DNA of 64,000 bases from contig CAXXMV010000008.1 in assembly GCA_963662285.2 (NCBI GenBank), forward strand, positions 640,001 to 704,000, given 5' to 3'. Numbering within the stretch: position 1 is the stretch's first letter; the number at the start of each line of letters is the position of its first letter. Below are positions 1 through 10,694 of the stretch, one piece after another. The notes under the pieces were generated by a model. The model did no database searches and was not told where the DNA came from. It saw only the letters and a program-made list of their open reading frames with translations. The stretch is from a bacterium. GTDB taxonomy: Bacteria; Hinthialibacterota; Hinthialibacteria; Hinthialibacterales; Hinthialibacteraceae. The position numbers and the translations under genes are program-made.

Positions 1-1383
1 AACTTAGCGTCACGGCTACCTCAAGTCGGTCAGGTCTGTTGCGCTTCTCTGGATAAATCTGCGGGAGGAGCGTCAACCAAGGAGTTCAACTCTCATACCA
101 ATGTTAACTATGCCCCCCTATCGGGCTATGGATATTACCGTATCGGTGAAAATGGCCGTTTATATTTGATATCAAAGAGTGAACATTACCATGCTCCACT
201 CGGCCATGATTTCCCGGGCTATCGATTGCTAGAACGCGCCCGCCGTTTCGGAATCCCAAACGCGACGCACAATAATACGCGAGGCCACATCACCCGTCGG
301 CTTGAGGAAGAACTGGTACGTCTGGCGGCGGGAATAGCGGGTAACGATACAAAAAGCATGAGTGGTGCTCTGGCATCTAAAAGTCGAACCGTATTGAACC
401 GGGTACTGAATTTAGAAACAGGGAGCCTCGCAGCTGAAGCGGCGCTTAAAATGATACTGGCCCGTTTTTACCGTTCGCAGGATGTAAGCCCCTCTCCACA
501 ATACAAAGGGCGTATTCCAGTTATTGTGGTCATCGGAGACGATCAGGGCGCACTTCAGGCAAACTATCATGGCACAACCATTTTAACCCAAGTCATGCGC
601 GGCATGTGGCCCGAATTACTCACTAAACTTGAGATGAATAAATCGCTTTTGATTCGCGCCGTCCGCCCCAATAACATCGAAGACCTAAACGAGATATTTG
701 AAACCTATGAAAAAGGGGCTTATAAAATCGCCGGAGTATTCCATGAATTGGTTATGATGAATTACGGCGCCTTGCGGTTAACCGTTCCATTTATCCGCCA
801 TCTCTATTCGCTGTGCAATAAGCATGATGTCCCGACGGTTGTTGATGAAATCCAATCATGCATATGGAGTCCCGAAATGTTCATGTTCCGGGAATATGGC
901 ATCAAGCCCTCAATGGTAGCTGTGGGCAAGGGCTTTCCCGGAGGCGAATACCCCGCCTCGAAAATTCTATTCAGTTCCGTCATGGATACATTACCCCAAT
1001 TCGGCGCCTTGGTAACTAATGGCCAGGAAGAAATATCATCCCTGGCTTATTTGATTACCATGCGATGGACGGAAGCAAACGCCGCAATGATTCAATCCGT
1101 CGGTGATTACTATGAAGAACGCTTGAACGAACTATCCAAGGAGCATTCCGATTACATCATCGGGATTGAAGGCAAGCGTCATTTGTCTGGCATCATTTTC
1201 AAGGATTTATCAACCGCTAAAGAATTCACGAATCAACTGAACGAGAAGGGATTTGATATCAGCGTTCAAACCTATAAAGAAGGTTGTCCGCCTATCGCGT
1301 TGACCAAGTTGCCTCTGATTATGGATTATAATGTGATCGATTTTATCATTCACACCATGCAAGATGTTTTAAGCAATATTTGA
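1..1383 (+). CDS. Class III PLP-dependent aminotransferase (5' end lies outside the window)
   Basis: Frame 1 is open from position 1 (NLASRLPQ...) into the listed ORF 166..1383. Motifs include ETGSLAAEAALK, NYHGTT, VVDEIQS and GKGFPGG (PLP lysine). Confidence 0.85.
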   Translation, partial: NLASRLPQVGQVCCASLDKSAGGASTKEFNSHTNVNYAPLSGYGYYRIGENGRLYLISKSEHYHAPLGHDFPGYRLLERARRFGIPNATHNNTRGHITRRLEEELVRLAAGIAGNDTKSMSGALASKSRTVLNRVLNLETGSLAAEAALKMILARFYRSQDVSPSPQYKGRIPVIVVIGDDQGALQANYHGTTILTQVMRGMWPELLTKLEMNKSLLIRAVRPNNIEDLNEIFETYEKGAYKIAGVFHELVMMNYGALRLTVPFIRHLYSLCNKHDVPTVVDEIQSCIWSPEMFMFREYGIKPSMVAVGKGFPGGEYPASKILFSSVMDTLPQFGALVTNGQEEISSLAYLITMRWTEANAAMIQSVGDYYEERLNELSKEHSDYIIGIEGKRHLSGIIFKDLSTAKEFTNQLNEKGFDISVQTYKEGCPPIALTKLPLIMDYNVIDFIIHTMQDVLSNI

Positions 1384-1432
1384 TGTATGGGAAAACACAG
1401 TACTTCGAGTTTACATCATGGAGTTGCGATAA

Positions 1433-2929
1433 ATGCCGAAGAAAATCCTGTTGGGGATAGATTGTGGAACCACCGTCCTGAAGGTATGTGCGCTGGATAA
1501 ACGAAAAGGCGCACTGCTGGCGCACGCCATCAGGCGCTTGCCGGTTGCTTCGCTTCCCCATGGAGGTCGTGAACAAAAATCCGTTGATATCGACCGCGCA
1601 TTCAAGTCGGCAATGACCGAACTGAAAAATAAAATCAGTTCAGACTGGCAACATATAGAAGGTATCGGACTGGCCGCACAAGGCGGCAGTACGATAATAG
1701 CCGATAGAATCTCTGGTAAAGCGCTTACCCCAATGATTCTTTGGGATGACGGACGGACGCATGATTTTCAGGCCAAACTGCTCCAAAATTATCCCCCGGC
1801 ATTTTGGCGTAAACATATCCTCTGCGATTCGCCTCCAGCAGGATTAGGTCGCTTGCTCTGGTTAAAGGAAATTAAGCCCGGTCTGTTCCACGACGGAAAT
1901 ATCCATATCGGCGCCGGAGAATACCTCTTCTATAAATTGACTGGTCTATGGCGTCAGGATGCTGGCAACGCCATTCAGATTGGTTCGTATAATCCTAAAA
2001 AGAAAAGTTTATTCTCAACTTTACTGCAAATTGCCGACATTCCTCTTTCGTTCGTGGCGCCGCTTCGTCAGGGACATGAGACTGCTTCTCTGTCGCAAAA
2101 AGGCGCCAAGCGTTTTGATCTTCAAAAGGATATTATCATCGCGGGGCCATATATCGATCAAGAAACGGGATACCTTTCTGCTGGCGGAATGTCCACCCAT
2201 CCCTTGCAATGCTCATTGGGTACAGCGTGGGTTGGTAATTTCGTTTTACCACAGGGTAACAATGGAAAATCGCCCACCCAGATAGCGCTTCCATCACCTC
2301 TCGACGAAGGATGTCTGGTGATTCAACCACTATTGACGGGAAACAGAACCTGGGAATGGGGGCTTCAGCAATTGGTTGATGAAGATTACTCTCAAGCCCT
2401 GGAAAAAGTTAGCCAGATATTCCGGTCATCATTGTTGCCTAGGGATGATCTTTTTTTTCTACCCTGGCTGGACCAATCAAACCCGGTGCATCCTCAATCT
2501 ATCGGCGCTGGAGTGTATCATGGGCTGAATACGCAAACCAATCGTACGGATATGCTTTGCGCATTGGTTGCGGGGATGTGTTGTGAAATGGCGCGCGTTT
2601 TTGACGAGGTTAAGCAAAATAAAGTGATCGATAGCATTGTTCTCGGTGGAGGCGCCAGCAATGGCCATGTGTTCCGCACGATGATTGCCGCTTTGTTTTC
2701 ACCCTTACCTGTCTACCAACAGAAGGACATAGATCTCTCTACTGCTCGTGGATCGGTTTATGCTTTCGCGCCCGCGATAGCGCAAACAAAAACAAAACGC
2801 ATCACTCCTCCTGCGCATAATAAGTTAAATGAAATACAAGCGTATTATAAAAAATACATGCAGATTTTTGACGCATATTATAAATCGATCCAAATGGGAA
2901 AAGCATTTCATTTTGGAAGGGGACGATGA
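1433..2929 (+). CDS. FGGY-family carbohydrate kinase (xylulokinase/gluconokinase-like)
   Basis: LLGIDCGTTVLK phosphate-1 motif, ILWDDGRT, SLGTA, LGGGASNG. Confidence 0.88.
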   Translation: MPKKILLGIDCGTTVLKVCALDKRKGALLAHAIRRLPVASLPHGGREQKSVDIDRAFKSAMTELKNKISSDWQHIEGIGLAAQGGSTIIADRISGKALTPMILWDDGRTHDFQAKLLQNYPPAFWRKHILCDSPPAGLGRLLWLKEIKPGLFHDGNIHIGAGEYLFYKLTGLWRQDAGNAIQIGSYNPKKKSLFSTLLQIADIPLSFVAPLRQGHETASLSQKGAKRFDLQKDIIIAGPYIDQETGYLSAGGMSTHPLQCSLGTAWVGNFVLPQGNNGKSPTQIALPSPLDEGCLVIQPLLTGNRTWEWGLQQLVDEDYSQALEKVSQIFRSSLLPRDDLFFLPWLDQSNPVHPQSIGAGVYHGLNTQTNRTDMLCALVAGMCCEMARVFDEVKQNKVIDSIVLGGGASNGHVFRTMIAALFSPLPVYQQKDIDLSTARGSVYAFAPAIAQTKTKRITPPAHNKLNEIQAYYKKYMQIFDAYYKSIQMGKAFHFGRGR

Positions 2930-4329
2930 TGAAACGAAAACCGAAAGCCGGATTCCTGCCTTGTTATTTGCCGCTCTACGATGAGACCATACCTGAATTA
3001 AGGCCGCAATTTGATCCGCTGCTGCAAACGGTTAAAGATGAATTGTATAACAAAAATATTGATATTGTGAGCGCCTCCGTATGCCGGATTGATTCTGAAT
3101 TTCGAGAGGCCATTGAACAATTTGAAAATGCCGGAGTGGATATCATCATCACCTTGCATTTAGCTTATTCACTTTCTCTTGAAGCCATCGAAGCATTAGC
3201 CAGAACATCAAAACCGATCCTATTGTTAGATACAACAATGGATTTTTGCTTCGACCAAAATGTTGATCCCCAACGCATTATGTTCAATCACGGTATTCAC
3301 GGCGTCCAGGACCTGGCTTCCATGTTGCGGCGCCGGGGCGTTTCTTTTCACATCGTCGCTGGTCATGTAAACCGCTCAATGGTTTTGCATCGCGCCGCTG
3401 AAATCGTGCGGGGCGCTTACGCCGCCAGTTGTTTGCAGGAGATGAAAGTCCTGCGCATCGGAGAATCGTTTTCAGGTATGGGAGATTTCGCGGTTGATGA
3501 CACGCTGCTGCAGGATAGTTTCAGCATCAAGGTTGATACCATAACCCCAGATCAACTTGCCGATGATATAGATTCGATTTCTTCCGATGCGATTGATAAT
3601 GAAATGCAACTTGATCTTATGCAGTATCAAACCGACATCGCAGATGAAGTCCATCGCCGTTCGGTAAGAGTGGGTCTGGGCGTACGCCGATATCTTGAGC
3701 GCGGCGGCTATGGCGCGTTCAGCATAAATTTTCTAGCATTTAATTCCAGCGAAGAGCCAGTCGATACAGTTCCATTTCTTGAAATATCCAAAGCCATGTC
3801 GCGTGATGTGGGATACGCCGGAGAGGGTGATGTTCTAACCGCGTCGCTGGTGGGCGCTCTGAGTCAGGCATTCGGCAAGACAACCTTCACCGAAGCCTTC
3901 TGTCCGGATTGGGAAAACGGCGCCCTTTTTATGTCGCACATGGGCGAGATGAATCCAGCCGTTGCAGGCGATAAACCACTGCTTTGTGAGAAAGATTTCC
4001 CCTGGTCCGGCGCATTAAATCCCGCCATCCTGGCATGTGCGCCAACCCCAGGCGCCGGGATTTTAGTGAACCTGGCGCCCGGTCAGAACAACTCATTTGG
4101 CCTTATCATTGCACCGGTCGATATCATGAAAGATACGACCAATCCTGTATTGAAAAAAACCATACGCGGCTGGATTCGTCCAAACGCTCCATTGGAATGG
4201 TTTCTTGAAAACTATTCACTTAACGGTGGGACGCACCATAGCGCATTGATGCTGGGCGACCATACAGAAGCCATCGCGGCCTTCGCCTCATTTATCGGAC
4301 TCGAAAGGGTAATACTCAAAAATGACTGA
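2926..4329 (+). CDS. L-fucose/L-arabinose isomerase family protein
   Basis: NHGIHGVQD, GYAGEGDVLTA, SHMGE and C-terminal GGTHHSAL metal-binding motifs. The start overlaps the kinase stop (ATGA). Confidence 0.8.
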   Translation: MMKRKPKAGFLPCYLPLYDETIPELRPQFDPLLQTVKDELYNKNIDIVSASVCRIDSEFREAIEQFENAGVDIIITLHLAYSLSLEAIEALARTSKPILLLDTTMDFCFDQNVDPQRIMFNHGIHGVQDLASMLRRRGVSFHIVAGHVNRSMVLHRAAEIVRGAYAASCLQEMKVLRIGESFSGMGDFAVDDTLLQDSFSIKVDTITPDQLADDIDSISSDAIDNEMQLDLMQYQTDIADEVHRRSVRVGLGVRRYLERGGYGAFSINFLAFNSSEEPVDTVPFLEISKAMSRDVGYAGEGDVLTASLVGALSQAFGKTTFTEAFCPDWENGALFMSHMGEMNPAVAGDKPLLCEKDFPWSGALNPAILACAPTPGAGILVNLAPGQNNSFGLIIAPVDIMKDTTNPVLKKTIRGWIRPNAPLEWFLENYSLNGGTHHSALMLGDHTEAIAAFASFIGLERVILKND

Positions 4330-6052
4330 GCTAAGCCATTTTGCACTGCATCCAATCGATTACCTGGCCTTTGGAATGTATTTTGTGGTTCTCTGTTACA
4401 TCGGGTTCCGGATGGGGCGCAAAGAGCAAAAAAGCGCCGATGATTATTTTCTGGCAGGGCATAGTCTGCCCTGGTATGTGGTTGGTAGTTCCTTTATTGC
4501 ATCAAACATCAGCACGGAACATTTCATTGGAATGATCGGTGGAGCGTTTGTTTATGGCATCTGCGTAGGCATGTCGGAATGGCTGAATGTCGGCGCATTC
4601 ACCCTTCTGATATGGATATTCATTCCATTTCTGTTGAGCACCAAAGTATTCACCATTCCCGAATTTCTAGAGAAGCGTTTCAATCCCACATTACGTCTTT
4701 TTTTCGCCATCGTGACAATTATCAGTAACGTCGTAGCGTTTCTGGCAGCAGTGCTCTATGGCGGCGGATTGGCCCTGCACACTCTCTTCGGTTGGAACTT
4801 ATGGCTGGCGATTATCATACTCGGAGCCGTAGCGGGAAGTTGGGCGATATACGGTGGACTAAAATCCGTGGCCTGGACGGATTTCTTCACGGTGATCGTT
4901 ATGATCATGGGAGGATTGCTGGTTACCATACTTGGTCTATATATGCTATCGGGTGATGCGCATTCGCTTATAGAAGGCTTCCGGGTAATGATAGAGCGCA
5001 ACCAGGCGACCGAAGGCGTCTGGGCGGAGGTGACGGCGCGCACCGCTCCACATATCGTCCACGCCGATACCTATAATCGCTTGTCCGTCATTCAGCCGGT
5101 TACTCATGAAGTGACCCCCTGGCCTTTTCTGATTTTTGGAATTTTCTCAATTAGCATATGGTACAACGTCTTGAACCAGTTTATGATTCAGCGCGTTTTG
5201 GGAGCGAAAAACATGTACCACGCGCGAATGGGAATAGTACTGGCGGGTTACATGAAAATTTTCATGCCCGTCATAATAGTGCTTCCAGGATTAATCCTTT
5301 TCGCCCGTTTCCCCGAAGTGCTGAATCTTCCCTGGCAGGATGTAAAACAAGAAGCCGACAAAGGCTATGTCACCATGCTGCAAATGTTGATACCCATCGG
5401 CTTGCGGGGATTATTTCTGGCCGCATTATTCGGAGCGATTCAATCCACGGTTAATTCCGTTTTGAATTCAACCGCAACTGTTTTCACTCTGGACATCTAC
5501 CAGCGCTGGATTAGAAAATCTGCATCACAAAAACAATTAGTACGCATGGGAATGATATCATCTATATTAATATTATTGTTGTCCATTATCCTATCAGGCT
5601 TCATCAGTAAATTTTCTGGCGGCTTATTCGTATATATCCAATCGCTGTATTCATTTTTCGCGCCGCCTTTTTCCGCCGTATTTCTTTTGGGTATCCTCTT
5701 CCGGCGTATCAATAGCCAAGGCGCCACTGCGGCCATTCTCATCGGATTTGTATCAGGAATTTTGATGAAAGCATACGTTCAATTGCCGGGACATGCGCTA
5801 TGGATTGAGCCATTCGCCATGCAGGCCATCATCAATTGGTTTTTATGCGTGCTGATTTGCTTATCAGTTAGTTTATTGACCAAACCGCCTCTACCAGAAC
5901 AGGTTGGAGATTCCCTGACGCTGAACTGGAAGAATTTGAATATTTTCAGTGAATTAGGCTCACCTTGGTATTTGAGCGTTACATTTTGGTGGAGTACATT
6001 TGTCGCTATCATTTTCGCATTGATTTTACTGTTCTCAGGGCTGTTCCTGTAA
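4322..6052 (+). CDS. Sodium:solute symporter (SSS/SLC5 family), probably for a sugar
   Basis: DYFLAG, ASNISTEHFIG, TIPEFLEKRF, YGGLKSVAWTD and NQFMIQRVLGAK motifs, with many transmembrane segments. Confidence 0.93.
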   Translation: MTELSHFALHPIDYLAFGMYFVVLCYIGFRMGRKEQKSADDYFLAGHSLPWYVVGSSFIASNISTEHFIGMIGGAFVYGICVGMSEWLNVGAFTLLIWIFIPFLLSTKVFTIPEFLEKRFNPTLRLFFAIVTIISNVVAFLAAVLYGGGLALHTLFGWNLWLAIIILGAVAGSWAIYGGLKSVAWTDFFTVIVMIMGGLLVTILGLYMLSGDAHSLIEGFRVMIERNQATEGVWAEVTARTAPHIVHADTYNRLSVIQPVTHEVTPWPFLIFGIFSISIWYNVLNQFMIQRVLGAKNMYHARMGIVLAGYMKIFMPVIIVLPGLILFARFPEVLNLPWQDVKQEADKGYVTMLQMLIPIGLRGLFLAALFGAIQSTVNSVLNSTATVFTLDIYQRWIRKSASQKQLVRMGMISSILILLLSIILSGFISKFSGGLFVYIQSLYSFFAPPFSAVFLLGILFRRINSQGATAAILIGFVSGILMKAYVQLPGHALWIEPFAMQAIINWFLCVLICLSVSLLTKPPLPEQVGDSLTLNWKNLNIFSELGSPWYLSVTFWWSTFVAIIFALILLFSGLFL

Positions 6053-6073
6053 GATGAAAAAGTGAGATGAACC

Positions 6074-7096
6074 ATGAATCATTGGAAAGAAACAACTCAA
6101 CATCAACGCAACAAAATTCTATTCAAAGAGGAATTCGATTCATTCCTTCCTGATAAGATTCTGGATTTTCATGTCCATATTTTTCCTGACAATGTAATAA
6201 CGCCGGGTGAATCGTTCTCGTGTTCCGGACACCCGATCACCAGTTATGATTTGGAAGAACTCAAAAAAGACCTACCCGAAATCTATCCGGGACGAGAGCA
6301 TCTGGCCGTCTGTTTTGGGTTTCCCGATGTGTCTTATTCCATGAAGATCAACAACGATTACATAGCGGATCAATGCGACCATAAGAGTTTTTTCCCCTTC
6401 CGGCTTTTCGATCCATTGAACGATAAACCGGAAGATTTACGGCATGATCTCAGTTCAGGCCGCTTTCTGGGATTAAAACCATATCTCGATTATGTACGTA
6501 AAGCGAATGTCAATGAGGTGGAGATCCACGAGATGCTGCCCGCCTGGGCGATGGATATTGTCAATGATAGCGATTCAATCGTCATGTTGCATATTCCGCG
6601 TAAAGCGCGACTGGCCGATCCATTGAACCAGCAGCAGATAGTGGAACTCTGCCAAAGATATCCTAAATCAAAAATTATTCTCGCTCATATCGGGCGCGCC
6701 TATTTTATGAAAAACGTTATAGGTAATCTAGAAAATTTGAAGAATATCCCAAACCTTTATTACGACCTGGCCATGGTAAATCATTGGGAAGTGATGGAAT
6801 ATCTGTTTAAAACTGTTGCACCAGAGAAAATCCTATTTGGAACCGATATACCGCTAGCGCTGGCGCCGGGCAAATCAGTGGAAATAAATGATCAATATAC
6901 CTATGTGACGCCAACTCCGTGGGATTTATCCATCTCGGATGATCATGGAAAAATTCAGTTCACTTCCTTTTTGTATGAAGAGATACGGGCGATTAAAAAA
7001 GCCATTGAGCGCCTTGATCTTCGCGATGATTTTGTGCAACAATTGTTTTATGAGAACGGGATGAATCTATTGAATATGAAAGACTGTAAAGGATAA
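6074..7096 (+). CDS. Amidohydrolase_2 family metal-dependent hydrolase
   Basis: DFHVH, VMLH, IILAHIG and ILFGTD motifs of the TIM-barrel amidohydrolase fold. Confidence 0.82.
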   Translation: MNHWKETTQHQRNKILFKEEFDSFLPDKILDFHVHIFPDNVITPGESFSCSGHPITSYDLEELKKDLPEIYPGREHLAVCFGFPDVSYSMKINNDYIADQCDHKSFFPFRLFDPLNDKPEDLRHDLSSGRFLGLKPYLDYVRKANVNEVEIHEMLPAWAMDIVNDSDSIVMLHIPRKARLADPLNQQQIVELCQRYPKSKIILAHIGRAYFMKNVIGNLENLKNIPNLYYDLAMVNHWEVMEYLFKTVAPEKILFGTDIPLALAPGKSVEINDQYTYVTPTPWDLSISDDHGKIQFTSFLYEEIRAIKKAIERLDLRDDFVQQLFYENGMNLLNMKDCKG

Positions 7097-7104
7097 TAGC
7101 GACC

Positions 7105-8262
7105 ATGCCGCAAAAAACTTTACGCGTTGGAATGGTTGGGCATGGATTTATGGGAAAGATGCACTCTCATGCCTATCGGTCGTTGAATTTTTATTATGAT
7201 CCACCTCCCGCGAAGGTTGTTTTGGCCGGAGTGGCTACTCAATCTGAGGCGAGTATGCAACGCGCCTTGGATCAATGGGGATTCGAGTTTGGAACAACCG
7301 ATTACAATGAACTTTGCCAGCGGGATGATATTGACATCATCGACTGCTGCTCTCCCAATTTCCATCACAAAGAAGTCTTGCTCAAAGCGCTGGAGCATGG
7401 CAAACATCTCTATATGGATAAACCGTTAGCGCTTACGCTGGATGAAGCGAAAGAGATGCGTGAAGCGGCTCTTAGGCATCCAGAATGCATAACCCAAATG
7501 GTATTTCAATACCGCTTCGTCCCCGCAATGCTTCGCGCCAAACAGTTGATTGAGCAAGGCGCCTTAGGAAGAATTTACAGCGCACGGGTCTGTTATCTTC
7601 ATGCCGGATATATCGATCCCAAACGTCCATACTCATGGCGGTTGGATGTAAAAAAAAGCGGCAAGGGGGGCGCGTTGTTTGATTTGGGCGCTCATGTAGT
7701 CGATCTGACTCGTTACCTGCTCGGTGAAATCGACCAGGTCTTTCATCTGGGCGAAACCATGATCAAAGAACGTCCCTTGAAAGATGATCCCTCCACGTTT
7801 GTTCCTATTGAAGTGGACGATATTTCCATTCTTCTCCTACGGCTGAAAAATGGCGGAGTAGGTACTCTGGAATCATCCCGCCTGGCTACGGGAGTTCAAG
7901 ACGAAGTACGTTTTGAAGCGCATGGCAGTAAAGGCGCAATTCGTTTCAACCTGATGCAGCCCAATTACCTGGAATTTTACGACGCCACCTCACCCGAAGC
8001 CGAATACGGCGGCCAGCGCGGTTTCAAGTCGATTGAATGCGTCGCCCGATATCCAAAACCAGCGTCCTTGCCCGGCCCAAAAAACACCATCGGGTGGGAA
8101 CGCTTCCATGTACATAGCATATACAATTTCATAACATGCGTACTCGAAGGAAAATCGGCGGCGCCCGATATTTGCGATGGTGCGCAAACTCAATGCGTAC
8201 TTCAGGCGGCGTTGCAATCCAGTCAAAGCGCTCAATGGACGCCTGTTGAAGAACTAAAATAA
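7105..8262 (+). CDS. Gfo/Idh/MocA family NAD(P)-dependent oxidoreductase
   Basis: VGMVGHGFMG Rossmann motif, GKHLYMDKP, GGALFDLGAHVVD. Confidence 0.92.
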   Translation: MPQKTLRVGMVGHGFMGKMHSHAYRSLNFYYDPPPAKVVLAGVATQSEASMQRALDQWGFEFGTTDYNELCQRDDIDIIDCCSPNFHHKEVLLKALEHGKHLYMDKPLALTLDEAKEMREAALRHPECITQMVFQYRFVPAMLRAKQLIEQGALGRIYSARVCYLHAGYIDPKRPYSWRLDVKKSGKGGALFDLGAHVVDLTRYLLGEIDQVFHLGETMIKERPLKDDPSTFVPIEVDDISILLLRLKNGGVGTLESSRLATGVQDEVRFEAHGSKGAIRFNLMQPNYLEFYDATSPEAEYGGQRGFKSIECVARYPKPASLPGPKNTIGWERFHVHSIYNFITCVLEGKSAAPDICDGAQTQCVLQAALQSSQSAQWTPVEELK

Positions 8263-8340
8263 TATAAGCAATGATCACATTCGGTCATCTAAACAGAACA
8301 TTATCATGAGAACCTCTCTATATAAAAGGAGTATGTCAAA

Positions 8341-9564
8341 ATGAAAAATCAAGATAAAACAAGACGAAGTTTTCTCAAAACAGGCGGCGCGTCGCTTGCC
8401 GCTATGTCAATATCATCATCTCAAATACTAAATGTAGGAGCAGCTTCCAAGAAGATCCGCATTGGCGTTGTCGGGGGAGGTTTTGGATGTAGCTTTCAAT
8501 GGCATGAACACCCCGATTGCATCGTCGAAGCGGTCAGCGATCTACGGACAGAACGCCTGGAAAGTTTGGTGAAAACCTATAACTGCCAGAAAACCTATCA
8601 CTCATTGGAAGAATTGGTCAAAGATCCCAAAATAGACGCCGTCGCGATTTTCACTGATGGTCCGCTCCATGTACAGCATGTGGTCGAAGCGATGAAACAT
8701 GGCAAACACGCCATTACCGCCGTCCCCGCCGCCTATGGCACGATGGAGCAGGCGGAACTCTTGTTTGATACAGTGAAGAAATATGGGCTTACCTATATGA
8801 TGGCGGAAACCAGTTATTATCAGCAACCTACTATTTCCGCACGGAAATTTTATAAAGAAGGAAAATTCGGGAATTTGTTTTATTGCGAATCCGAATATCA
8901 ACATGACGGTTTGGAGACTCTGTATTTTGAAAATGGAAAACGTACATGGCGGCACGGTATGGCGCCGATGCACTATCCCACACACTGCACCGCCCATCTG
9001 GTCAGCGTCACGGGAGAGCGTCTTACCGAAGTAACCTGCCATGGTTGGGGCAATGACGATCCTATCCTCAAAGACAATGTATATAACAATCCATTCTGGA
9101 ACGAGTCAGCCATGTTCAAGACTGACCGCGACCACGGTTTCCGGGTAAATGTCTGGTGGAAGGGCGCCCATCGCGGTTGCGAACGTTCGCAATGGATCGG
9201 CGATAAGATGAGTTTCTATGGCGCCAATCCCAACGGCGTAAGACCTGTGATAGTCCGTAAGGGAGAACAAACCGAGAAGGATGACGCCGGATTTGTTCGT
9301 AACCTCCCGAATTTCGAGCAATACGAACAGCCGGAATGGTGGAAAACCGACATGCTTCCCGAACCGTTGCGACATAATTCAGGTCACCACGGGTCTCATA
9401 CATTTCTGACTAACGAGTTTATCAACGCCCTGACCGAAGAGAGACGCCCCACAGTTGATGTCTACGAAGCGTTGAACTACACCGTACCGGGAATCATCGC
9501 CCATCAATCAGCATTGCAGGGAGGAAAATCCATGAAAATCCCTCAATACATAAGACCGGCTTAG
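8341..9564 (+). CDS. Tat-exported Gfo/Idh/MocA family oxidoreductase
   Basis: TRRSFLK twin-arginine signal, IGVVGGGFG, GKHAITAVPAA, YMMAETS, HYPTH. RBS AAAGGAG upstream. Confidence 0.88.
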   Translation: MKNQDKTRRSFLKTGGASLAAMSISSSQILNVGAASKKIRIGVVGGGFGCSFQWHEHPDCIVEAVSDLRTERLESLVKTYNCQKTYHSLEELVKDPKIDAVAIFTDGPLHVQHVVEAMKHGKHAITAVPAAYGTMEQAELLFDTVKKYGLTYMMAETSYYQQPTISARKFYKEGKFGNLFYCESEYQHDGLETLYFENGKRTWRHGMAPMHYPTHCTAHLVSVTGERLTEVTCHGWGNDDPILKDNVYNNPFWNESAMFKTDRDHGFRVNVWWKGAHRGCERSQWIGDKMSFYGANPNGVRPVIVRKGEQTEKDDAGFVRNLPNFEQYEQPEWWKTDMLPEPLRHNSGHHGSHTFLTNEFINALTEERRPTVDVYEALNYTVPGIIAHQSALQGGKSMKIPQYIRPA

Positions 9565-9599
9565 ACGCAAAATATATAAGCGCATTATGGGAGATCAAC

Positions 9600-10694
9600 A
9601 TGGGAAAATTCTTGATAATAATACTGATTCTATTAATCATTAGTGGGATCGTATTTTACATATTTTCTAATTCCGGCCCAGCATTAACTACTCATCCCGG
9701 CGCTTCACAACTAAAAGTGACAGCTGCTGATGATGATGTACAAAAACTAACATCGGAAATTGAAAAAAAAGGCTGGATCGTCTACTGTGCGCGTAGCGAC
9801 AATGAAACATGGGACCTATTCGCATCCCGGCCTGATGGTTCCAACACGCGCAATATAACCAATACGCCTGATTATGAAGAAGCAGGCCCGATGTTTTCAC
9901 GGGACAACCAACAACTGCTTTTCCGGCGATTGAAAAAAGGAACCACGATCAATCACGATCTCTGGGGATTTGAAGGTCAGTTGATGATCGCTAGCGCCGA
10001 CGGCTCTAACGCCAAACCAATAGGCGCCGATAAGGAGTATGCCTGGGCCTCCTGGTCGCCGGATGGTAAATCAATACTATGTCTGACCCGCAAAGACATA
10101 CAAATTATCGATTTGTCGACTATGGAAATAAAGCGTACGATACCACGCAACGGTATATACCAACAACTTTTCTGGTCGCCTAATGGGAAATGGTTTACCG
10201 GAACCGGCAACATTTCCGGTAAACAATGGTGCGTCGTTCGCATGGACGCCGAAAGCGGCCAAATTAATCCGATCATCACTTTTCAAAGTTGCACTCCGGA
10301 TTGGGGCCCTGATTCAAACCATATTATTTTTTCATCACGTCCCGCCAACCAGTCTGCCAGCAACAGTTATGGATGGTCCCAACTTTATCTGGCCGATGGT
10401 GAAGGTAAGCAGATTGATCTGATATACGGCGAGGATGGTTCTCACATTTACGGTGGAACGCTTGCGCCGGACAGCGCCTATGCTCTATTTACAAAATGCG
10501 CCGCAGACGGCGGCGGCGCCGAACAATCCGGCGCCCCGATGTGCATTATGCGCATGAGCGATTCGCCAGCCATAACTGGAGAGAGTCCTTATTTACAGGA
10601 ACATTATCCTAACGCCAAAAACGCGCCCATCTTAACCTTAAGCAATGGCTGGGAACCAATATGGACTTATGCGGAGGTATTTTCTGAGAAATGA
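9600..10694 (+). CDS. Membrane-anchored TolB-like (PD40 repeat) beta-propeller protein
   Basis: N-terminal hydrophobic anchor followed by repeated WSPDG/WSPNG/WGPDS blades. Confidence 0.8.
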   Translation: MGKFLIIILILLIISGIVFYIFSNSGPALTTHPGASQLKVTAADDDVQKLTSEIEKKGWIVYCARSDNETWDLFASRPDGSNTRNITNTPDYEEAGPMFSRDNQQLLFRRLKKGTTINHDLWGFEGQLMIASADGSNAKPIGADKEYAWASWSPDGKSILCLTRKDIQIIDLSTMEIKRTIPRNGIYQQLFWSPNGKWFTGTGNISGKQWCVVRMDAESGQINPIITFQSCTPDWGPDSNHIIFSSRPANQSASNSYGWSQLYLADGEGKQIDLIYGEDGSHIYGGTLAPDSAYALFTKCAADGGGAEQSGAPMCIMRMSDSPAITGESPYLQEHYPNAKNAPILTLSNGWEPIWTYAEVFSEK

